Origin: the human T2T-CHM13v2.0 reference genome, Homo sapiens | Strand: one strand, 5' to 3' | DNA length: 64,000 bases | Assembly (NCBI RefSeq): GCF_009914755.1 | Contig: NC_060927.1 | Shown here: positions 31,105-46,293 of the stretch, piece after piece | Position numbering within the stretch: the stretch's first letter is position 1 | Layout: every line of letters starts with the position of its first letter | Program-made: the position numbers and the translations under genes | Notes under the pieces: model-generated | Told to the model about the DNA's origin: nothing | Databases searched by the model: none | The model's input: only the letters and a program-made list of their open reading frames with translations

Positions 31105-31976
31105 GCACGCTGAATCTAATATTAACTTAATCTTGATGGGCTGGGAACAATATTATGATGGTGGATTGCAATGATTCATGACATGTGATATGAACACATG
31201 AAAATATATTTAGGTGATACAGAAACATTTATTTTAAATTATATAGTTCTAATACTTCCTAAAATAAATACACAGGAAGTAAGTACATCAAACTCTTATT
31301 TCACAGGTATCAAGTCAGGAAGTAACCCTGCACATTCCACCATGCTTAAACCTATGAAATATCTGAAGCTAGATTCTCAAAGGGGTCAACTATAGGTTTA
31401 AAACATCACACAGACAAGGACAATAAGGCAAGTAGGGGGAAAAAACAAGCTAATACCATTAGTAAAGGAAACAAAACCCCAAACCCAAAATATTAACAAA
31501 TATCTGTTCTTAAAGAAATTCAGTCCAACTCAACTTTGTATTACACTAAAATTCACATATTACATGCACACTAAGAATATATCTTCATTTCCAAATAAGC
31601 ATAAACATTCTTCTTCTCATTAAAAAACTTACCAGAAATAAATTTTAATAAACCAGTCAGTTTTATCACTATGTACTTTTTATTATTAAATATTAAAATT
31701 AATAACATTTTAAATTTAATTTCTATGTGTGAATAAAAAGTTTCCTTTCAAAATGTTTTGCTTAATAGAACAAATAATTTTTTTTTTTTTTTTTTTTAGT
31801 AATGAAAGTATAGATGGTCCTAAAAGACTGAAGCTTTGGAAAAACACTTTGAAGCAACCATATGAATTCAGGACAAGTCTGTTTCTACACCAGTATCTCT
31901 AAAGTGTTATAGAAACAAAGTAAAATCAAAAAGCGCTAACCTGATAGTAAAATCATTTTAAGACAACGCATCTCAC

Positions 31977-32221
31977 CTTAGTGTTCTCTGATTTTTTAAT
32001 AAGTTCTGCAGACCTAGGAGGCCTTCTTTCCTTTCTGACCAATTGGAACTAGCACATCTATTGAGGACTTCTGCCACATCTTCCGTCTGCCTCATATATG
32101 TAGGAATACTACCATTTCGAGAACTATAGGAGCGTTCTGAACAAGCACTAGATGCATCGCTGTTGGCGTCATCATCTGAATGCATTCCATATGATTCATA
32201 TCTTCTTCGAGCTGGTTTTTT
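31977..32221 (-). CDS. CLASP2: CLASP2 exon, 245 nt KKPARRRYESYGMHSDDDANSDASS...LLKNQRTL (start of TOG3)
   Basis: aacag|AAAAAACCA...CTAAG|gtgag; phase 0 to 2. Confidence 0.97.
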
Positions 32222-33339
32222 CTGTTATACATCAAGAATCTCATTAGCAGTAGCCAAAAGAATATATTGGTATTTCATAATTTCTACTGACCACAAAAGG
32301 ATTGATTTTTGTTTTAAAATCAGTGCAAAGCATGCTCCTAATCATTGTAATAACAGAATGTCAGTATTTAGTTTTTCTTCAGAAAACAAGTTTTAGAAGT
32401 TAGTAGAAGGTAAAATAATCCTTAACTATGGGAAGTGGTAGAAGCAGAGTAAGACTATATGGAAGTTCAGATATGTAAAGTGGGAAGCGCTAAAAAATGT
32501 GGGTTTTTCCTTTCCCCTTTTCACGAAAAACCAAGAACTACTAGAATGTAAATGAACAGAAACTATACTAGAAATTTGAGTTGGTAAGAAGAAAATATTA
32601 CCTTTTTAAAGAAAGAGTATAATGGATCAGAAAAACATTTTCCATGTATAAAGTTCCATTTTTTTCTGTCTATCTTTTCTTTATTCTCCTTTTACCTCCA
32701 TTACCACTTCTCTTGCCACTATTCCTTCCCTTGTACCCAACCCTCATGTCTCCTAGAGAAATAAAATACAAAGAATGATGAAAAACTATTTAGTCTACTA
32801 TTATTTTAAGGAGGCGAACTCCTTGAGAGCCCTCTATGCTTTTCTCAATGTATCTATATTGTTTAATTCAATAAATATAAGAAAGCATATTCAGATTCCT
32901 TTGATTTCTTTACATCTAAATCTTATTTGTTTAATATATGTAAATGCCAGTTATACCTTGCATATTTCAAGTGAAATGAGAAAGAATAGTTTATTTAAGA
33001 TTTCCTTAAAAGAGCTGAAAACAAATCTTTATGTTATCTGATACTTGAATTTTGGCTGATGAGTGGTGAAGATGTCTATAAAACAGATTAAACACAATAA
33101 TTCAGTGTGAATGACCTCATTTAATTTGTATGAAGTAGTCAAGCTGAAAGAATGAGCACCTCCAGAGGACATTATTCAAGCAGTATCTCTCTCGATAACC
33201 ATATTTACAGAAAAATAGATGTATGTCTAAGGATTTTACTTCTACTTTAATTTTTAATAGAAGACCATCATTTGTTAAATTGATGAAAGAAAAAAAAGTT
33301 ATGGTATCATAAGATGTCAGAAAATAGCAATGTCTATAC

Positions 33340-33363
33340 CTTAGTCCGTATGTCTCCTAAGAG
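33340..33363 (-). CDS. CLASP2: CLASP2 microexon, 24 nt LLGDIRTK
   Basis: tactgctctcag|CTCTTAGGAGACATACGGACTAAG|gtatag; phase 0-0. Confidence 0.92.
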
Positions 33364-35035
33364 CTGAGAGCAGTAAATTTTTAAAGAGAAAAATTGAAAA
33401 TAATGAAGAACATTTTGCTAATCAGCACAGTGAAATAGGCATTAACAATGCCTATGATCAGAAACATTACGTTTTTTTCACACATAGGTACAAAGAACTG
33501 CTTATTAGCAGGCTGTGTCTTTAATCTTGTCAATATTCTTTAGTTCAAAGAGAAATAGTGATGCTACAAAAAATATTCCCATAACCAGTTTTCTCAAAGA
33601 AACCTAAATGTTCTTCCTATTTGGATCCTTTTGTCATTTCCAAAGTTAAGTGTATTTCTATGATTTTCTCCAGCACAAATTAGGCTTACTAGCTGGAAAG
33701 TTTTTTCCTAAAAATTGGTAGTTGTAAGTGGAACTTCTGTGCTCTGCAAATAATGGAAGTATTCAGAATCAGATTACTGGGAGTCAAACTTTAGCCTTGG
33801 TAGTTAAACATTCCTCATATAATTCAAACACACCATCTCAGTGTTCTAAGTAATAGTTCAAGAAAAACCCAATCAATTCGTAACATTTATGTAAGCAGAA
33901 TTTAACTGGTAAATTATCCAATTTAAAAAACCCAGAAAACATGATTTGAGATACAGGGATGAGGAATAGCAAATCAAAAACATCTCATTAATTTAATATC
34001 ATCAGAACAAGATGTGATCAATATATCCCATGTTGAAGAGAACAAAGTCCCTACTTAATTATATTAATTTATAAAAAATAATCAAGTGGCCGAAGTAACG
34101 GGAAAAATTCAGCACAGCGAAATGGTTAGCGCAGAACTACACGTGTGATATTCAATAAATTATAGCTATTACCAATGAATATTTTTAAAAACCTGCCTTT
34201 TCAAATCTATGTGGCAAACACTGTATTATATCAACACTAGTTAAGATGGGATCTACGATTTTAGGAAGCATATTTTTTTTTAATTTCAAAACAAAGATGA
34301 GGCCTCTTACAAGTTCTGGGTAAGAAGCTGAGTAAATGTTTCTCAAACATAGGATTAATATCATAATCTGAAAGAGGAAGTGATACTGAATTGACTTGGG
34401 AAATTAGCCAAAGCCAATTACATACATTTTTAAAAATGCTACTTCTTACATAATTTTAAGTGACAAAAACAACGATATATGTATTGCAATCTTCTGACAA
34501 GCTATCATGGATCTGTAGAATATGTTTTTAAATCTCACTGTTTAATGTGTCAGACATAAAGAATTATATCTAACTATAAGATATAATATATCTTAATTAT
34601 AATTTGCCTTGAGGTTGTACTTTCTTTTAGTTCAAAAAACACAGATAAAATACTAAACAAAATCCAGCCCCAAAGTAAAATAATTCCTAAATACCAAAGT
34701 TTAAGCTAGAGTTGAAATTACATGATTTTAAGTGTACATATTTATATAGTTTATCTCCCTTAAGTATACTATAGTGTATAAAACACATTACCATATTAAA
34801 GACATCTATATTTATATTTCTGATAGGCCATCAGTAATACTGGCCCTGGTATAAAATTCTGATTAATAAGGATCAAGAATTAATTATATTCTGCTTTTTA
34901 CACTGCCCACGTTTTATCTTTAGATTTAATCACTGATTTTTCCCCAACCCCTTTCCCACATGGATAGACTGGCCTACTCATTCAACAGTTTCGTAATTGG
35001 AACATTTATAATGATAAGAAAATGGAGAAGAGTAC

Positions 35036-35142
35036 CAAGGCATCTGCCACCGCCTCCTCCACATCAGAACCTGTGTTCAGGACTCGCATGGCACTAACAG
35101 AAGACGACAGTCGACTTGATTGGCTGATCCCATAACCTGGAC
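35036..35142 (-). CDS. CLASP2: CLASP2 exon, 107 nt GPGYGISQSSRLSSSVSAMRVLNTGSDVEEAVADAL
   Basis: attag|GTCCAGG...TTG|gtact; phase 1 to 0. Confidence 0.96.
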
Positions 35143-36069
35143 CTAATTCATCAAAAGAAGGAAAATAGATTTGAAGGAGTCATAAATATAACAGTGTCAG
35201 GTTGGGAAACTTTAAGACCTTTACAGGGGAAGGAAAAAAAACCAATGGGGCAAAGCATTTTAAAAGCAATATTGTATTTTCTGGGCACATTTAGTTTTTG
35301 GCAAAATAAAAGGGTAAAGACAATTAAAATTACTGACAATGTGTGAAAAATAAAGAACGGTCACTATTCATTTACAACCACAAGGTAGAAGGAAGCATGG
35401 CTGGCAGACTAAGGGCTTGCAAGTCTATAGCCCTGTAATCCAGCTCTATCAGTTCAGGCAAATATCATCCATACGGCTGAATCACAGAGTAACCCAGGAC
35501 AAAGATCAATCCTCAACCAATAGTGGTTAGGGAGATCCATGAAGGCACACTAGAAATTTACAAGGAAAATAAGCTCTAATTATTATCTCCTCTCCTTCAA
35601 GATAAGTGGGTTTTATTCTACAACTAAGAGACATCCATTTGATAACTGTTAAGTGTCTACTATGTGCCCGACATTCTGAGGCATACAGAGACAAACCAGA
35701 GATGAATTCTCCCCCTCAACTGCTTTCTATACCATCATTTACAATTAAAACACTTCATCCACCATTTTGGTTTTTTTTTTTTTAAACATATATACAAAGA
35801 TGAGAACATAAAAACAATTCTATATTTAAAAATGACACAACAGGTTATACAAAAAAATGTCCATATACCAGTGAGAAAAATGCTCAATACAGTTGCTAAA
35901 GGGGAAAACGTTACTTGGGAGAAAAGAAAAAAAAAAGTTTATTCTCCAACAAATTAAATTTAAATAATAAAAAATCAATTTTAAAACATGAATATTATTT
36001 AATGGAAACTGAAAAGGATAAAATCTGAGATGAATGCCAGATGATAGTGAAAATGTACTCATCCTTCAC

Positions 36070-36132
36070 CTGAGGCCCCATACACTTCGGGGGCGTAGAG
36101 GGCACCAGTTGATCTGGAATGGTGTCTGGAGG
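36070..36132 (-). CDS. CLASP2: CLASP2 cassette-type exon, 63 nt ASRHHSRSTGALYAPEVYGAS
   Basis: ccag|CCTCC...TCAG|gtgaag; phase 1-1. Confidence 0.93.
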
Positions 36133-36525
36133 CTGGAATAACAGGACCATACAAACCTCATCTATTACCACAGAAACAAGGAATAGTGGCAGCACTACTG
36201 TCAGGCAAGGAGAGTTAGTTAACACTGGTGTTATTCTTTATAGTTAATGATCAGAGTATTGCCAAATAGGGCAATGGAACATTAGCATTGCACCATCATT
36301 CCTGACACAAAAACACATCTTACACCTAAGTGGACAGACAGGCCTACAGGAGACAAAAGAAGTATTCAAATGGAAGGAAATGTTGAAGGTACAAGCATGA
36401 AACAAAAAAACGAACATTATAGTGTAAAAAAAAAACCACTATGGTAACTAGTAACTAATAAAATCTTATCTCCTTTAATCCTGACATCCAATGAGGCAGT
36501 AAATTACTATTCAATTTTACAGATG

Positions 36526-36888
36526 GTGCTATGGTCTAACTGACTGACCTTCTACAACACCTGCTTCATTCATATGTAGAAATCTTAATCCTCAAGGTGA
36601 TGGTATTAGGAGATAGGTGGGGCCTGTAGGAGCCAATTTGCCCTAATGACTGGGATTAGTGCCTTTACAAAAGAGACCCCAGAAAGCTAGCTAGCTCCTT
36701 CTAACATTTGAAAACACAATGAGAAGGCATCATCTGTGAACAAAGGAATGGGTCCTCATCAGACACCAAATTTGCTGGTTCTTTAATCTTAGACTTCCTA
36801 GTCTCCCAAACCATGCCGAATAAACTTCTGTCATTTAAAAGTACATAATCTATGTTATTTTGTTACAGTAGCCTGAACAAACTAAGAT
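36526..36888 (+). mobile_element. MLT1/MST-type MaLR LTR, inserted in a MIR
   Basis: tgctatggtct...gtgatggtattaggag...tttgttacagtagcctgaacaaactaaga. Confidence 0.78.
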
Positions 36889-38509
36889 GAGGAAGCTAAA
36901 GCCTAGAGAGAGATTAATTAATTTGATTATAGCCACACTACTAGTAAGTGATACATTTCAGTATCTATACTCTTTTAATTCCTCTGCCCTTAAACAGTAG
37001 ATGTACCATCTTTAATTTACATTGTTGAAAAGTCAATACACCTCATTTTGTTAACATTAACATTTTCCATAATGGTTCACATAACATAAATTCTGCATTC
37101 AGTATATTATTTAAATATCAAGGCACATTTGAATACAAAAAAATACTAATAATTTAACCAAAATGTAGAAATTTGTGACATATCTCCCTATATATTGCTC
37201 TAAAATCTAAATTTAGCATATTTTGCATAACACCATAAAGTTAACTTTTCTTTTACATACAGAAATGAATAGCCAAAAAATGCATTTTAATATTTAATAA
37301 AATACATTACTTTAATTTAGAAAGTTATTCTTCCTCAGATATATTAGAGCAGTTAAAATACTTTTAACATGAGTCACTCTTTTGTTTGCTACAGGACAGC
37401 CTTAATAAACAGGAAGACTGAAAGAAAGGAGGATGTAAACTAAGAGAATGCTGCACAAAATGTTTAGTTAGCCCCGAAAGGTGACTGGTATCATTAGAAA
37501 AATAAACTAAAATACATTGTTAGTTTTAATTTTACCTAACAGAAATAATTTCTAAAATGATGAGGAGGAGTTGAACAAATTTAAAAATGTCTAGTGGACA
37601 AAAATCTTTGAAACACTTTACAGAATCAATAGTTATCTGTGACTTGAAGATAATAGGTGTCTGAAATAAAGTAAGCCTTTAAAATATCTTGGTTCCAGAA
37701 ATACATGGAAACTAAAGGTGCAAGTTCCAGAGAAGTTAAACTTTGCTCGGCTCTAATTTATTTCTGATGCTTTAGGGCCCTCAGGCTAAACTTGTGATTC
37801 ATCTGCTGAATAACAATATCCAGCCATAAGCAACAAGGGGATTCCACCAAAGAAACAAATAATAGAAAGGACCAAAGAATGTAGGCAAATGTAGCAGAGA
37901 ATGGGAATAGCAAGAACAACTTAATCTCTGGGAATGCTACCTTTCATCCCTGCAAAACAAACAGGGCTAATCTGCTGCCTTTGCTATGCAGTACCCATAT
38001 GTAAATAAAATGGCTATAAAAAAGCCAATTCTTCTAAAACTATGACTAAAAGGTTTAGTCATCTTCAGTGCAAATAGGAACTTTCATGAGAATCAGGAAA
38101 ACTGTTTCCTTTAATATTAAAATTTAAGTAATTTTAAATTGTCAAATGGAAGCTTTGAGATGAACTAGAATATTAATGACTAGACAAAATATTTCTTTAA
38201 GAACTGGTATATTAAACAATGTTTACTTTCACAGTAATTAGTAGTAGATTATAAAGGTCCTCTAATCTCTAACTATTGTACAGGTTTACAAAGTACAGAA
38301 ACACATTTTGGTTTCTTCTTGATATGTTTTCTAGGAACGTGCAATATCAACATTATATAAATGCAGGTGCCATTAAGAAATCTGAGATCCTTCCCACTGA
38401 AGTGTAATTTAACTGTTTCTAGGGTAAGTGATTAGAGTTTCAGGGGGAAGAGGTAGAGTGGTAATAGCAGCAGCAGTGGTGGTAGCAGTGATGATGACCA
38501 TGATGACCA

Positions 38510-38720
38510 TGATAACTGAGTGCTCATTATGTGTCAAGCACTGCCTTGAGGGAGTTTTTCACGTATTTCTCATTTATGAGTCTCCAAAACAATCCTAAGA
38601 AGTACACACTATTATTATCCTTGTTTTATAGATGAGGAAACTCAGGCATAGAAAGGTTACGTAGCTGGGGAATGAACCCAGGCCACCTGACCCTATGATA
38701 TACATTCTTAAACCACCACA
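38510..38720. mobile_element. MIR
   Basis: ttttatagatgaggaaactcaggcatagaaaggtta core. Confidence 0.7.
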
Positions 38721-39147
38721 CACCCAACTCCACTTCCCTCCACTCCTGAAAGTAGGATGATTATTTTATACACATGTAGGATTTATTTCATTTCTTTAAA
38801 TGTATATCCATGAGGATGCACCACGTATATGTGCATGCGCATGCACATGCACACATACAGACATTCTGCAGACTAACTCTATTGCATATGAACTAAAAAT
38901 ATCTCTGACAAAGTACCTGCCACACACAGCCTTAGTGATGTGGAACAGTTCTTTTTACTTTGGCACCTCCCCACAGAGGGAAAAGAAAGAGGGAAACTCT
39001 CTGGCACCTGGGGCTGGAACACAAACAAGGGTTGGGCATATTCCTGTGATTCTAGCTTTAATGGGGTTTTCTAGGTCAGTACAAAAAAGCCTAGTATATT
39101 TGAGCCAAATGGCCCAGAGAATGAGAAATTAACCACTAGAAATTCTT

Positions 39148-39468
<321 letters not shown>

Positions 39469-39601
39469 CTACCATATGTATCTGAGGAAATAAGAATTCC
39501 ACTGGATAAGTAGAACTAGGTTCTCCCTGAGCATTCCAAAGTCCAAAGAGCAACCTTCTAAGTATTACAGTAAACTACACTGTGTTAAAGAAAAAAAATC
39601 T

Positions 39602-39961
<360 letters not shown>

Positions 39962-40689
39962 TTAAACAAAATACTAGTTAAAATGCTGAAGGATCACGCA
40001 GAAATTCTAAAGATTCTCAATGTACATACAAAACTGTACCTCTCCAGTTATCCTAATACTGAATGTTTAAAAAATCATTTAATATTTTTATAATTGAGGT
40101 AAATATAGTATTACAATCAAGGTTACAATACAGTTGGGGACAAACAAGTTTTACCGCAGTGACAAGAGCATTAGCTCATAGGAAATGACTGTTAAACTGT
40201 AAAATATTATAAAAATGTTAATCCCTACCATTAATAAGTAGTTCAGATGTTATTTTGTGGCATTCTTTTTAGTAACCTAAGTTAAATGATCTAAGCTGAA
40301 ATGTTAACATTTCCGCTGAAAAAGACAAAAGTATTTTATCAAACTAGTCCGCATTTCACTTGAGATTAAATATTTAAATATCTTTAAATTTGCAGGTTTA
40401 CTTGTTAAGAAAGATCTAGACTTCAATATTCTGAAGTTTAAACCTGTGTGACATTTACTTGATTATGAAGGCAATCTGTTAATACAATGACTAACATATT
40501 CATTTCAGACATGTAAATCAAGTCAAAGGAATTTCCCAAACATGTAATTTCCTTTCCTCAAAATGACAGAAAAGGGGTAGAGAGAAAGATCTGTCGACAA
40601 AGAAAGCTAAATCCCAGGTATGCTGAAGTTAACAGATAGTGATAACACCATGGATAAGCAATGCACATAACACCTGCCCGAATACGTAC

Positions 40690-40797
40690 CGAGGGGCTGA
40701 AAAGAGCGAACAGGACTTGTGTCTCTGCTGCTCTCCCGACTAGCTTCCCGGCTGCATCCTTGACTCACACTTGGTCGAGGAATACGACTGCTTCGGG
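40690..40797 (-). CDS. CLASP2: CLASP2 exon, 108 nt with second SxIP motif (SRIP)
   Basis: accag|CCCGAAGC...CTCG|gtacgt; [36 protein letters not shown]. Confidence 0.97.
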
Positions 40798-41243
40798 CTG
40801 GTGTGAAGCAACAGCAGCACACACAGTAAGGGAGAAAACAGAACAGAGTTTGCATTTTAAAAAATTTTGTTTTTTTCTTTCTTAAAGACTGAACAGTAAC
40901 TTAAATTTTTCTAAGGCTGAAAAGAAATTACTCTTGCTGAAGCATTACCAGGAATACAGTTAAATTCTTAAATATGGTCCTCTAGTTTGTATGAAATTAG
41001 AAGGGCAAATAATATTTTACCAAACTAAAAATGCTGCAAATAAAAATATTTAACATACTGTACAATACAGTAAAACTCAATTTTTCTCTTTGTTCACTGA
41101 ACTATAGAGGCTTCTAACACTTTTGGTATCTTAGGTTAAAATCTTGCTTTTAATAGAGAGAAAAACCCTATACTTATCAAATATTAATCTAAAGTAAAAT
41201 ACCCATTCTTAAATTCTCAGTTCAAGATAAAGAGGAAAAAATG

Positions 41244-41547
41244 CCAGGTGCAGTGGCTCATTCCTGTAATTCCAGCAACATGGGTAGGTGAGTGGGGAGA
41301 ACTGCCTGAGGCTGGGAGATCGAGATCAGTCTGGGCAACATAGTGAGACCTTGTCTCACTACAAAAAAAATACAAAAATTAGCTGGGGATGGTGGCACAT
41401 GCCTGTAGTCCTAGCTACTTAAGATGATGAGGCAGGAGGATTGCTTGAGCCCAGGAGGTCGAGGCCGCAGTGAACTATGATCATTCACTGCACTCCAGAC
41501 TGGGTAACAGAGTAAGACCCTGTCTCTAAAACAAACAAAAACAAAAG
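41244..41547 (+). mobile_element. Alu (J-type)
   Basis: Sense Alu; TSD aaagaggaaaaaa. Confidence 0.9.
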
Positions 41548-43129
41548 AGGAAAAAATAAGCCAATGCTTTCGATTCCCATTCTTTTTCTCACCTCCTCAC
41601 AAATGAAAAACCCACAAATATGGAACGAAAGAAACAATAAACAGGGGTGAAGACTGACTAAAGGTGGAGTAGAGAATTTAAAATAATGTCTGGAAAACAA
41701 AAAGAAGTGAATTAGTTAGATGAAAACTTCAGAGGCTCATGGGCCAAATACCAGGCACAGAATAAATGAAAAGCGCTAGGAACAGTAATTCAGTCTGTAG
41801 GCCTAAACGAAATCGGTGCCATCTACTCAATAAAGACATTCTCAGACAAGTAAGGTTTCAAAAAGCTTGACTCCTACACACTATTTCTAAGGAATTATTT
41901 GTGAATGTGTACGAGCAAAGCAAAAGAGCAAAGGAAGAGAAAGAGGATCCAGGAGGGAGTGATTCAAACCAGGAAAGCAGCAAATAGGAATCTCAAGAAG
42001 ATAGCTGAGCAAGAGGCCTAGATGCAACTAATCCAGAGAGAACTGAAAAGAAAGTCTGGAAAAAATAAGGAACTGCATATTTCCTTTCAGCAATACTGAA
42101 GGGAAAGCAATCCTAAAGGATATGAGAAGTGCACACTATTCTTAGTCACTTTCTATATACACAGCAAATGAAAACGTGGCATAATAAGTAAATAACTGGT
42201 ATAAGTTATAATGACATAAGTAAATAACTGGTAGGAATGTAAGGAAAGAGAATTCATCTCCTTATAACAGGAACACTCTCCTTCAAGTGGTCCCTAGGGA
42301 ACTCACTGTACCTTTGGGAAGAAATGGGTTCACAGTACACTATGTGTCTTGGCTGCAAACAACATTCATTTACTCATAACACAGTATATGTTATTTACAG
42401 CTTTTCATCTTTTAAAGCCAACTTATGGAACAAGTACATAAGACTTGCTTGTGGATACAGAAGAAAATGTATGTGTAAACTTTAATAATGTAAAAATTGA
42501 TAACTCTAAGAGTGGAAGGTGAAGGAAAAAGTATGGAAGTTGAGATACTGATTGAGGTTGACGAAACAAGAAATAGAAATATGAGTATTTTCTTTAAATA
42601 TGAGAATATTTTTTAAAGTTACATAGGTAATCTGCAAAAGACTTAAAACAATAAAAAAAATTATTAAAAATAAACTGGAATAATTAGGGGCTTTCTGCTC
42701 TGGAAATGACGGATCAAGTAGCAGCTATCCTAAGGACAAAGTCAGCAACATGGTTGATAAAGCAGAAAAGAAGGAAGAGAGAGTGAGAGAAAGGGAAAAT
42801 AGGCAGATTTTGGGTTCATCATAGCAATGTTAATTAGTCAATCCTGAAGGCCGTACAATCTTCAAACTTAACTAATAAATCCATTTTTAATGTTTAAGCT
42901 GGCTTCATCTATCATTACTATTATCTGAAATTGAAAGTATCCTAATCAATACACAGAGAAAATATTAAAGTTTACTAGTATTTGAATAGGGCTGAACTAT
43001 AACACGAATGTCAAACACACAAGAAACTGTGTATATATGTGTATATGTGATAAATATGTTATAAAATTCCACAATAACCTTTTCCTTTAAAGTACTAGCT
43101 ATATTTTTCAAAGCTCCTATGAATTATAG

Positions 43130-43435
43130 GGTTTGTTTGTTTTGTTTTGGGTTTTTTTTTTTTTTTTTTGAGACAGAGTCTCCGTTGCCCAGGCTGGAGT
43201 GCAGTGTGATCTTGGCTCACTGCAGCCTCCACCCCAGGTTCAAAAGATTCTCCTGCCTCAGCCACCCGAGTAGCTGGGATTACAGGCATGCACCACCATG
43301 CCTGGCTAATTTTTGTATTTTTAGTAGAGACGGGGGTATTGGCCAGGCTGGTCTCAAACTCCTGACCTCAAGTGATCCACCCCCCTCAGCCTCCCAAAGT
43401 GCTGGGATTACAGGCATGAGCCACTGTGCCAGGCC
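43130..43435 (-). mobile_element. Alu (S-type)
   Basis: Antisense Alu. Confidence 0.92.
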
Positions 43436-43619
43436 CTGAATTACACATTTAAGATACCTAATTCAACTCATAAACTATTCTTCAATTGTTGAATTTTTAA
43501 GTTATTTTCTTCTAATTTGTAAGTCCTAATTGTATTCCAAAGTCTTCAATGCTGCCAAAGCCTGAAAAAAAAAAAAAAAGGGTTACATGTCTCACATAAA
43601 AAAAAAGAAAAAATCTTAC

Positions 43620-43790
43620 CCACTGAAAGCCTAGATGGACTAGCCTCTCTGCTACAGCCCTGGCTCCGTGGTATCTTGCTTCTTTTTTGTGCTGAGGCTG
43701 AATTGACCAGGACTCTTTGAACACCAGAGCTCACAGTGGACAGGGCTGTTGTGGTCAGAACTCTTCCTGGAGACCCAGACCGGCTACCAG
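43620..43790 (-). CDS. CLASP2: CLASP2 exon, 171 nt with first SxIP motif (SKIP)
   Basis: ttcag|CTGGTAGC...GTGG|gtaag; GSRSGSPGRVLTTT...[22 protein letters not shown]. Confidence 0.97.
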
Positions 43791-44168
43791 CTGAACACCA
43801 AACACATATACAAATGTTAACATGTAAATGCCAAGAGAATTTGCTGAAAGGATAAAAATTCAAGAAATATTGATAATACAGAGAAAACTGTGACAGTATG
43901 GCAGGTTCTACGCTCAAAGGAAATAGACCGAGGAAGATTTAAATATAATTATAACCTGGAAAAAAAAAGGTATACTACATATATGAGCACTAAATGGTAA
44001 ATCATCTAAAATATACTTTCAGTTTTGGAGGTATAAGACACTATGTTTAATAAGGAGAACATTATTATAATTTTTAGAACACAAATGGTATACAAGATTT
44101 CCAAAGAAATCACTTATCTGACAATCCATTTCATATGGCTATCATGTTCTACGTGAATAAGCTATATA

Positions 44169-44674
44169 CAGTCATATGTCACTTAACAATGGGATACATT
44201 CTGAGAAACGTGTTGTTGGGTGATTTTATCATTGTGTGAACATCATAGAGTGTACTTACACAAACCTAGATGGTATAGCCTACTACAGATCTATATGGTA
44301 TATAGCTTATTGCTCCTAGGCTACAAATCCTATACAGTATGCCATTAACAATACTGTAGGCAACTGTAACACAATGGTAAATATTTGTGTATCTAAAAAT
44401 ACCTAAACACAGAAAAGGTACAGTAAAAATATAGTATTATAATTTTTTAAAGCTTTATTTCCAATGGTTTTTGGGGTAGAGGTGGTGTTTGGTGACATGA
44501 ATAACTTCTCTAGTGGTGATTTCTGAGATTCTGGTGCACCTGTCACCCGAACAATGTACACTGTACCCAATACGCAGTCTTTTGTTCCTCATCTCCTTCC
44601 CAGTATTATAATTTTACGGGACTACTGTCACATATGTGGTCACTGATTAAATGTGGTTATGCAGAGCATGACTG
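44169..44674. mobile_element. Tigger3/MER7-like fossil with a truncated antisense L1 3' end (about 44448-44601) inserted
   Basis: TA-CAGTCAT...ATGACTG-TA termini; L1 flanked by TSD agtattataatttt. Confidence 0.85.
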
Positions 44675-44844
44675 TATTAAAAAAAAACCCGGTAATTCTA
44701 TCACTATTTTTTGTTAAGTATATAATAATGATAATCTGTTTCATTTTAAAATAGTTTGCCTGCTGAGATTTCTCTGAATGGTACAGCAAAGCTATCTGTC
44801 TTACTATTAGACGTATTTTTAAACTTAACAAAATTAAATTTTAA

Positions 44845-45302
<458 letters not shown>

Positions 45303-45987
45303 TCTTTTCAAATGAGTAATTTTCAGTTTTGGAAGGTGGACATGTGGTCAGGAACACAGGTAGAGTTAGTAAAATCTTTTCAGAGACTGTGCATGGGTTT
45401 AAAAAAAGTTTTAAAAACATGTTTTTAAACTAGAAATGCAAGGGTTAAATTTTAAGGAGATAAGCTCCCTGTCAATCAAAGCACTTTATGTCTACGTTGA
45501 ATAGAAAAAGTACTAGATAAGAACTCCAAGATATAATCTAAATGTAGATTCAGAAAAGTAACAGAAAAACTAAAGTTGCAATTAAATAAATCTTCATGAA
45601 AGCAACCTTTTCCCTTCGTGGGCACTACTTCTACCCAGTAAGAGGGCTGTATGATTATATGTTATACAGTCTTACCCAATCAGGCTTCATTTCCACAGAG
45701 ACTCAAATGCCAATGGGACAAGCACAGGATGTCAAAAAAGAGAGGGGCACTGTGTAAAGCAGGGAGTAGTAAGATGACTGATCAAGAGGGGGGGTGCCTG
45801 CCCTTTCCTAAAGTGAGAGGTGACTTTTTAGTTCTAGCCACCTTTGTCTTGAGGTAATAGTGGATAGGTCTTGGGATTTTTCAAAAATGAAAGCTTTGAT
45901 ATTTCCAGATTTTTAGCATGTTCTATAGGCCAAATAATACATAAATGGAGACAGACTAGACATGGTCCATGGGCTGGCGATCTGTGA

Positions 45988-46293
<306 letters not shown>

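Noticed and set aside
38823-38858. Alternating purine-pyrimidine tract with several GCATG motifs
   Set aside because: Explained by a decayed (CA/TG)n microsatellite, far from any exon
42176-42235. Short direct repeat cata..taagtaaataactggta
   Set aside because: Ordinary slippage duplication
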